This document shows positions 55,178 to 64,000 of a DNA stretch of 64,000 nt, in pieces. Source of the DNA: Octopus vulgaris. Lineage: Eukaryota. Within the stretch, counting starts at the first letter, position 1. The number at the start of each line of letters is the position of its first letter. The position numbers and the translations under genes are program-made. The notes beneath the pieces were generated by a model, which was not told where the DNA came from, did not search any database, and saw nothing but the letters and a program-made list of their open reading frames with translations. The DNA is taken from contig OX597828.1 in the NCBI GenBank assembly GCA_951406725.2, positions 54,622,001 to 54,686,000 on the forward strand, in the 5' to 3' direction.

Positions 55178-55434
55178 CCACACGCAGACAGGCCGGTTGA
55201 CAGACGGATGGATGGATGAATGATAAGACGTGTAGGAAATGAAACGTCTCGTACAGCAAAATCTAAGAGACAAGAGGCGACCGGAAGTTTACTAATTGTT
55301 TCACTTACACCGTAAGTCGTGTTCCAGTTTAGTTTGACCGTTCACTAAATACTCTCAACTATTTTGGCAACAAACGGTACGAATGAAAGATTTAATCGAC
55401 TCCGACACGGTTAATGTCAAATACTTGTATCTTT

Positions 55435-55800
55435 TATCTTTCATCTTTTATTTTTATTTTACTTGTTTCAGTCGTTAGACTGTGGCCATGCTGGGGCACC
55501 ACTTTGAAGAACTTTAAGTCGAATGAATCGTCCTCAGTACATTTTTTTTAAAAGCCGGGTACTTATTCTGTTGACCTATTTTGCCGAACCGCTAATTTAC
55601 AAGGAAGTAAACACACCAACACCGGTTAGGGGACAAACAGAGATATAAAGATGCGCGCGTGTGCATATATGCAATGGGCCTCCTTCCATTTTCCGTCTAC
55701 TCACAAGACTTTGTCTGGCCCAGGGTGCCACGCAATGGCACTGAACCTGGAACGATGTGGCTGGAGAGCAAACTTGTTACCACCCAGACACACCTGTGCA
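55435..55800 (-). mobile_element. SINE family A, diverged and internally deleted
   Basis: Head and 3' tail motifs of family A. Confidence 0.7.
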
Positions 55801-56365
55801 TAACACACACACATATACACAACTTTGCACCTGCGAGAACATTATGAATAAATCTTGGACATATGTGTTTAGTTTAAATGAAATGTTATTGAATGGTTTT
55901 ATATCACAACACTCGTTCACATGAATTATAGGTTCTCCATAAACAAGGACAATAGACGAACCAATGACGTCTCGTGTGGAAAACCCCTCATCCACATACA
56001 AATTTGAAAACGGCCATTGAAGAAATTTTAGAAACCCAATTGGTGAAATAAAAATATGGTTTATTCCTTAGGACCTAACAATAATTTAATAGCAGGTATC
56101 TAAGGATTTATTATAAACTTCAAGATTCTTTATTTTTCTTAGCAAAAATGTGACACCGGCACAGTGTATATGTATTTGCAATTCAACCTTATTTCTAAAA
56201 AAATTCCCCAACCCGCTCAACATGATAACTTGTTCTGCCTGAAACAAGAGCTAAATCCATTTCAAATCATCCATATGTTTTATAAAAACAAGAGAAAGGA
56301 CATATTGAATTATATAGTTTGAGTTAAACTATGAAAGGAGTGATGGTCACACATTAGAATACTTT

Positions 56366-56774
56366 GAGCTGGCAGAAAAGTTAGCACGCCGGGCGAAATG
56401 CTTAGTAGTATTTCATCTGCCGTTACGTTCTGAGTTCAAATTCCGCAGGGGTCGACTTTGCTTTTCATCCTTTCGGTGTCGATTAAATAAGTACCAGTTA
56501 CGCACTGGGGTCGATGTAATCAACTTAATCCGTTTGTCTGTCCTTGTTTGTCCTCTGTGTGTTTAGCCCCTTGTGGGTAGTAAAGAAATAGGTATTTCGT
56601 CTACTGCTTCGTTCTGAGTTCAAATTCCGCCGAGGTCGACTTTGCCTTTCATCCTTTCGGGGTCGATAAATTAAGTACCATTTACGCACTGGGGTCGATG
56701 TAATCGACTTGGTCTCTTTGTCCGTCCTTGATTGTCCCCGCTGTCTTTAGCCCCTTGTGGGTAATAAAGAAATA
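56366..56774 (+). mobile_element. SINE family B dimer
   Basis: Junction at 56591. Confidence 0.85.
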
Positions 56775-57558
56775 AGAATACTTTTTATAAGAGACCTGTT
56801 CAATTTGCGTGTCCTGGGACTAAGCAATAACAACAACAGTAACAACAAAGATAATAAACGACAAACTATATATGTATTAGATCAATTATAAAGCATAGCG
56901 TTCCTGCCAGGGCCATCCATACTTTTACGTCAAACTACAAAGCACTTAAAAAAGTATATTTCACATCATCACGGATTACGCAAGAACCACACTTCTTGAT
57001 AAACGAAACAATGTCAAAATTACCTTCACGTGCATGAAGTACAGTTCGTTGCCATAGAAAACTACAACCACCGCAATCACATAATGGGTCTACACTTCGA
57101 GGTCCCACACTATTCACAATAACTAATCCTTCCTCCTCAGAATGTTGGACATTTGGAATCCCCTCCAGTTCATGTATTTCTGCAACTGTTCAAGAAATCT
57201 CTCCATTGTAGCAAGGGCCTGTCAACGCCATGATCTACAAACCTTTCCTTCGGACCAATAGTAGGGAAGAATCGAACCCAAAACCGAGAAATTACAAAGC
57301 ATGCCTCTTACCACACACATGTTTAAGATTTTTATATAATATACATCAATGCAATCGCCACACACGCACACACACACACACACACACACATAAGCGCAGG
57401 CATAGCTAGTAAGAAGCTTGCTTTCCAATCACATGGTTCCGGGTTCAGTCCCAGAAGCAAATTTAATGACCGAAACAAGTAAATCTCTATATATGTAAAT
57501 ACACGCACAAATGGATATACATACATACATACATACATACATACATACATACATACAC

Positions 57559-57631
<73 letters not shown>

Positions 57632-58471
57632 GCGAGAGAGAGAGAGAGAGAGAGAGAGAGTGAGAGTGAATATACTACTATCATGTTCTTAAGAATGAAA
57701 TCAACCTCTCTGTCTATATATCTACCCTCTTTATAATGTTGGCAAACGAAATAGAGATAAGAATGTGCATTGTCCGTTTGACTGGAAAATGCTATAAGTG
57801 GCTGAAGATTGCTCGACATTTTAAAACTGATGTAATACTTACAGTGTTTAATAAAATGAAGTGGCATAAAACAATTGTACTACTCTACCTCGGATATACT
57901 TGTTGCTTATTTTGATTATATATATATTACACATTTATACATGTATGGTATATAGTATGTATATTTTGTGTGTGTGTGTGTGTGTGTGTATTTACTCGGT
58001 TGTCTCATCGTTTGACGTGATCACAGTTCCGTTCACATTAACAACTCGCCATCTTATCTGCCTGAAATCACAGTTTACATTTTTCACTACGTTTTAAAAG
58101 CTCGGCTCCATTTTAATCTACAATATGTCATTACTAAACAGCTTAGTATCTTGTTTGCTTTGCCGCTATTGTTATTTCTAACTTGTGCTCTTGCAATTCT
58201 GGTTACTGTTATTGTTTCTCTTCGCTGTTGCTTTATCCTGAGAAGGTGAAAAGATAGGTCGCAGATAATATGAAAACTATACACATTTTCGGTTTTCAAT
58301 CTTCTACTGGCGTCTACACTTAATTCCATCTGCTTCAGTTTGCGAGCTGCTTACATAGGAAAGATAATAGAGATAAGTACAGAAGCTTTTTTTTTTCCGG
58401 GAATGTTTTCTCTATTTCCTTCTTTACGTCATATGCAGGGTTGTAACAAGTACTGAAGAAAAATCCAGAGA

Positions 58472-58976
58472 TCTTTTATCTTTTACATGTTTCAGTCGTT
58501 AGACAGCGGCCATGCTGTGGCATCGCCTCGAAAACTTTTAAGTCCGATGTAACGATCCCATGACTTATTTTTATAACCGGATACTTATTATATTGGACTC
58601 TTTTTGCCCAGCCGCTGCATTACAGAGACGTGAACAAACCAACTCCGTTTGTCAAGTGGTGGTGGTGAACAAACTCAGACACACGCACACGTATATATAT
58701 ATATATAACTTACTTGGAAAGGGATACGTGGAGTTTGATCATATAATAATATAAATAATATATAAATATATGCGTATATACATACATATATGTACATACG
58801 TACACATATATGTATATATACATGCATATATGGGTACAGGACATGAAAAAAAAAACTTTGAACACAATGAGAAACGAAAATATAAAAACAAAAACATAGA
58901 AAACGAACTTTGTTTTCGACTAACGAAAAAAGCAAGCAAACATAGAAACGAGACATACAACATAAAGAATATTCCC

Positions 58977-59050
<74 letters not shown>

Positions 59051-59208
59051 GACAGGCTTCTTTCAGTTTCAGTCAACCAAACCCATCACAAGACTTTGGT
59101 CGGCCCGGGGATATAGTAGAAGACACATGCCCAAAGTGCAACGCAGAGGGATTGAACCCGGAAACATATGGCTAGGAAGGAAGCTTCTTATCACACAGCC
59201 ACGCCTAT
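58472..59208 (-). mobile_element. SINE family A split by an AT-rich insertion in its internal microsatellite
   Basis: 3' half at 58472-58680, 5' half at 59046-59208; unrelated repeat-like sequence at about 58708-58980. Confidence 0.55.
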
Positions 59209-59753
59209 TCCCATTTACAAAGAACTGAAAAACCTCTGTTGTTTCTGAGAACATTCATTTGCATTTGGCTAAAAGTCGTGTACAAGACATGAAAAGAAAC
59301 AGAAAGAAAAACGCCACTCGTCCAATTTATTTCAAGTTGGACTTCATTCCTGCAAAAGTATTTGGCTGGCAGTACCAAGACGAAATTGACTTTTAAAGTG
59401 ATGTGGGTTTTTTTTAATTGTTTAACCCTACGTTCGGCCTACTTGGTCAGACTTATGATGTCCTCCTCCGATTCAGTACTACAGACAATTTAGTTGAGGA
59501 CCATACTGTGTACAGCGGTATGCCGTGGTTTATCGCATACTGTACAAGAAAAAAATCCTGCTATACTGTTTTTATTTCTAGAGTCCTATCTCTTTTAAAC
59601 GCGTCTATATTTACTGCGGCGGTGACCGTTGTACACTTGGTCGGGTGAAATAATTGCAGCACTACTTCACTTATCATTAACTCAGATATTATTTTAAAAT
59701 GAGGTTATTTATAATGCAGGCTTTATTATTGTTCATAGCTATATCTGTCGTAG

Positions 59754-60010
59754 TGAAGGCGCATGGCTTAGTGGTTAGAGCGTCGGGCTTACGATCGTGG
59801 GGTTGTTAGCGCGATTCTTTCACTGGGCTATGTGTTGTGTTTTTGAGCAAGAGACTTTATTTTTCTCGTTGCTTCAGTTCACTCAACTGCAGAAATGAGT
59901 TGCAACGTCACTGGTGCCAAGCTGTATCAGCCTTTGCCCTTTACTCGGATAACATCGGTGACATGGGACGGGAAGGCTGGTATGCATGGGCGACTGTTGG
60001 CCTTCCATTA
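59754..60010 (+). mobile_element. tRNA-derived CORE-like SINE
   Basis: GGCGCATGGCTTAGTGGTTAGAGCG head; TTTTGAGCAAGAGACTT. Confidence 0.7.
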
Positions 60011-61294
60011 ACAACATCAATTCCAAGAAGAGAAATTAATTAAAATTAATTAATTAAAAGTGAATTTGGTAGAATTTGAACTCAGAATAGTAAGGGTCGT
60101 AACTAAATACGGCATGGCTTTACGTTCGATGCTTTATCCAATATACTAATCTGCTCTTTCACATAGTTAGAGTTAGGGTTAAGGTTGAGTTGGGGAGAAA
60201 CTTTCTGGGTGCTATCCCATGGTCATTCCCGACCGAAGGGGGTCTTTACCCTTTCATATAACTCCTGACTGTGTTGGACAGCGGGTAGTCTTAGGGCGAG
60301 GTTGTAATAATGTTCAGTTTATCAATATGTTGTGAGCAGAATTTGGTCGACAGGAACATTTGTATTTATGTTTCTGCATCCGTATTCATAATGTAATTCT
60401 TTATGCCGCGTCCCTCAACGGTTCGATAAATAGATATCGATAAATTAAGTAGCAGTCGAAAATAAGTCCATGATCGACTAAATACTTTAAAGTAATGTCC
60501 TGTGTCTGTAGTCCAATGACTGAAGCCAAGACGAAAATAAAAGTGTGTGCGTGTGTGCATGCGTGCGCGATTTATATAAACTGAGTTAGTTTTTTCATTG
60601 CACGGGTTTCACGCCGCCACTATCATCAGAGAAATGTATTCTTTTAATTGTCAAGATAGTTTTATATTCATTGAAGAGGTTTCATTCATTTTTCTATGGT
60701 TGTTGTTTTAATTAGTTGCTTTTAATGTTGCTTTGTTAAAATGTAGTTTTTGAGTGGCGTAGTTTCAGTTGACAATTTATTATTTCTTCTTGTTTTACAT
60801 TATTCGACTTCATCATTATTTATTTGTAATTGTTTTTATATCGAGTCCTCTTATGGTTGCTTTACTGAAATAGTTAATTTGTACATCAAAGATGGCCCTG
60901 TGTTACATTTAATTTGCCAATTTTTTCACACAGATGCGCCTATAGAAGTGTTGGATTCCCATTCAGTTCCTGTATAGAATACAGCTATATCGATATATTA
61001 AGCGTTTTTAAATGACGTCATGAATTAATATAAAATGTATACACTACTTAAATGGCAGCTTTGAGTCTGAATTGATTTCACCTGATATTTTATGTTTAAA
61101 GTCTTCAATTCTTAATCAAGCTAATCATTAACTCGTTTTGTCTCTTATTGGTTTCTGAAAATGTTCCTTCGTTATATCGTTCCCAAACTATAGATGTCCT
61201 CCTGGACACACTTTTTTAGTTCTCAAAAATCTTCACAGAGTAATGGACAACATTTGGAACTGAGGAAAGATTGTCAATTTTTCTTTGGTATCTC

Positions 61295-61703
61295 TTTCTA
61301 TTTTACTTGTTTCAGTCATTTGACTGCGGCCATGCTGGAGCACCGCCTTTAGTCGAGTAAATCGCCTCCAGGACTTATTCTTTGGAAGCCTAGTACTTAT
61401 TCTATCGGTCTCTTTTGCCGAAACGCTAAGTTACGGGGACGAAAACACACTAGCATCGGTCATCAAGCGATGTCGGGGGACAAACACAGACACACAAACA
61501 TATACATACACGTACATATACATATACATATATACGGCTGGCTTCTTTCAGTTTCCATCTACTAAATCCACTCACAAAGCTTTGGTCAGCCCGAGGCTAT
61601 AGTAGAAGACACTTGTCCAAGGTGCCACGGAGTGGAGTGGGAATGAAACCGAAACCAAGTGTTTGGTAAGCAAGCTACTTACCACACAGCCACTCCTGCG
61701 CCT
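61295..61703 (-). mobile_element. Full-length SINE family A
   Basis: Colinear with 21090-21575. Confidence 0.85.
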
Positions 61704-61709
61704 ATAATG

Positions 61710-62137
61710 AATTTATTCTTTCAAGTCAATAAATACACCCTTTATTGATGAAATGAAATTGGGTTTATGTGAGTATGTGGCCTTCATCTTTAGAGGAGTC
61801 ATGAAAACGATTTTGAAAAGTTTTCTGCAATAATTTGATCTTTCAACATATTTTGTAAAATTTTCCTCAGCACATATTTTCTGTTCTTTTAAGTGTGAAA
61901 CCTGTTCCAGATTCTCATATTTTAATTGAGAAATAAAAAATCTTCTTTTCTTCATCATGCATTCTTTCTCAAACTCGAACAAAACTACTCGCTCCACCTT
62001 TCATTCTACTTTAGTTTAATGCTGTATTTTGTAGAATATTTTATAATAATGTTTTATACTATGTGTGCAATGTAGCATTCCTAATAATCTAATATGTCAC
62101 TTTTAGTGCATGCGCCATAGGTTGGCGATATCCGCTG
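61710..62137 (-). mobile_element. hAT transposase remnant with probable left terminus
   Basis: SQLKYENLE..HLKE, frameshifted LLQKTFQNRFHD; CAGCGG..CCAACCTATGGC terminus-like motif at 62137; may continue beyond the SINE to about 61080. Confidence 0.45.
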
Positions 62138-62514
62138 CATATCGTTTCTAATCAGCCGATTCTGTAGCCATTTTCTCTCTGCTTCTTATCCTCGTGATTG
62201 TATGATGGTTTGCTAAATTTGTTCATTTATTCATTGGCTGGTTCAAATGTCGTCCTGTGTCTACCTATTCACTACGTTATTCACATCCTGTTTTGCTAAA
62301 GCTGTTCTATCATGGTGCTTCTCAAACTGTTCTTAACTATTTCCTCTTATCCTTGATCAACACTTTTTAAACAGCCCATGCTACGATTCGATTTATCTTC
62401 CCCACCATTCACCTTTTAACGTACTTACACGTAATATCAGGCCGTGATGTTTATTCGTTTTGTTTCATTTACGTATTCGCATTTCGAAATTCATCATCAT
62501 CATCATCATCATCA

Positions 62515-62546
<32 letters not shown>

Positions 62547-62549
<3 letters not shown>

Positions 62550-63813
62550 TAGTTTTATTTTTATTTTTATAGCGTGCTTTCACTTCACTACCGAGCGCAG
62601 CTCTGTGTGCCTTAGGTATGTGCTGTGATTTGTTGTGATGCTCTGATGGTTATTGTATGGAAAGTGTTCTGCGTAGGATGTGTGCAGTGCCTAGTAGTGC
62701 AATTTTCTGTATGTTATATGTGTTTGTAAGTCCTGGTGTTTTTGTTATGTATTTGTCTGAATATTTTTTTATCATGCCTAATGCACCTACTAAGATAGGA
62801 ATTGTTTCTGTTTTCAGATTCCACATTCTAGTTACCTCTATTTCCAGGTCTTTGTATTTTGAGAGTTTCTCCATTTCTTTTAGAGACACGTTGTCATCTG
62901 CCGGTACTGATACATCAATTAGAAAGCATTTTTTTTCTTCATGGTCTCTGACAACTATATCTGGTCTGTTGGCCTTAATTTCTCTATCTGTGTGTATCGG
63001 CATATCCCAGAGTATGGTTGCTTTCTCGTTTTCTGTGACCTTTTCTGGTGTGTGCCTATACCATCTTTTTTCTGTTGTTATTCCATAATGTTGGCATAGC
63101 TTCCAATGTATGTAGGTTCCAACTCTGTCATGTCTGTGAATATATTCATTCTTAGCCAGGACTGGGCAGCTAGAGATAATATGATTTATTGTTTCGTGTC
63201 CATCTCCACATATTCTGCAGTTACTTGTAATATTTCTTTTCATTACATGTTTTTGGTAATTTCTGGTGGGGAGGCTTTGGTCTTGTGCTGCAATTAAAAA
63301 TCCCTCTGTTTCTGCTTTGAGTCCTGAGCTTCTCAACCATTGCTGGGATTTTTCTTTGTCTATTTCTTTTGCGTTTAGTTTAGTCCAGTATTTACCATGA
63401 AGGGGCTTTTCTTGCCATCGTTTTATCATGGTTCGTTGCTGTTCTATTTTTAGTTTGGATTTCATTTTTTTTATAGCTTTTGTTGTTTCTTCATCTTCTT
63501 CTTCTTCATGTTTATTAGGTGGTATGATTTCTTGTTTGTATTTGTCAGCTTCCTTAAATACTGAGAACAGTTTTTTGTTTTGCTCGTGTTTTGCCGCTAT
63601 CTGGATCAGTTTTCCTTCCTTCTGAAGTAGATATTTTTGCAGTCCTATGGTGGTTATTTTATAGTAGTTTTCCAGCTGTATAAGGCCTCTACCACCTTCT
63701 ATACGTTGTATATATAGTCTTTCTATGTCAGATTTTGGGTGATGCATCCTAGATCCTGTCATTATTTTTCTTGTTTTCCTGTCTATTTTGGTCAGTTCAT
63801 TTCGTGTCCAGTT
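62547..63813 (-). mobile_element. R4/Dong-type non-LTR retrotransposon, 5'-truncated, inserted in (TAA)n
   Basis: Intact frame plus ~100-bp 3' UTR; (TAA)n on both sides. Confidence 0.9.
62650..63762 (-). CDS. C-terminal part of an RLE-type retrotransposon protein (post-RT region, CCHC knuckle, PD-(D/E)XK endonuclease)
   Basis: ERLYIQRIEGGRGL; CRICGDGHETINHIISSC; RHD; RPDIVV..LIDVSVP..EKLSKY; frame stays open upstream to about 63813; not a host gene. Confidence 0.85.
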   Translation of the reverse strand: MTGSRMHHPKSDIERLYIQRIEGGRGLIQLENYYKITTIGLQKYLLQKEGKLIQIAAKHEQNKKLFSVFKEADKYKQEIIPPNKHEEEEDEETTKAIKKMKSKLKIEQQRTMIKRWQEKPLHGKYWTKLNAKEIDKEKSQQWLRSSGLKAETEGFLIAAQDQSLPTRNYQKHVMKRNITSNCRICGDGHETINHIISSCPVLAKNEYIHRHDRVGTYIHWKLCQHYGITTEKRWYRHTPEKVTENEKATILWDMPIHTDREIKANRPDIVVRDHEEKKCFLIDVSVPADDNVSLKEMEKLSKYKDLEIEVTRMWNLKTETIPILVGALGMIKKYSDKYITKTPGLTNTYNIQKIALLGTAHILRRTLSIQ

Positions 63814-63830
63814 ATTATTATTATTATTTC

Positions 63831-63877
<47 letters not shown>

Positions 63878-63911
63878 CATCATCATCATCATCATTATTA
63901 TTATTATCATT

Positions 63912-63942
<31 letters not shown>

Positions 63943-63969
63943 TTATTATTATTATTGTTGTTGTTGTTG

Positions 63970-64000
<31 letters not shown>
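63812..64000. repeat. (TTA/TCA/TTG)n microsatellite
   Basis: Direct reading. Confidence 0.95.

Noticed and set aside
56890-57330. Possible Tc1 remnant (LHAREGNFD)
   Set aside because: No recognisable catalytic motifs or TIRs
60164-60195. TTAGGG-like telomeric run
   Set aside because: Only one perfect unit

Overview
AT-rich, repeat-saturated animal genomic DNA, most likely an octopus or related coleoid (inferred from the repeat families, not proven). I see no host protein-coding exon, rRNA, true tRNA or CRISPR array. Almost all listed ORFs are microsatellite translation artefacts. Recognisable content: several high-copy tRNA-derived SINE families, RTE LINE fragments, TAA-targeting R4/Dong-type non-LTR fragments (one with an intact 370-aa C-terminal ORF), mariner, Tc1, hAT and Helitron remnants, and a 100-N gap. 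The most interesting layer is a set of Penelope-like (PLE) terminal fragments, mostly next to (TA)n or (GT)n tracts, carrying minimal type I hammerhead ribozymes with palindromic stem III. These include two canonical motifs, a near-perfect ~1-kb palindrome with a hammerhead on each arm, a family whose C3-G8 core pair is replaced by A3-U8 in two diverged copies, and a family with a CUGUNGWA core. Folds were made by eye and none has been tested for cleavage.
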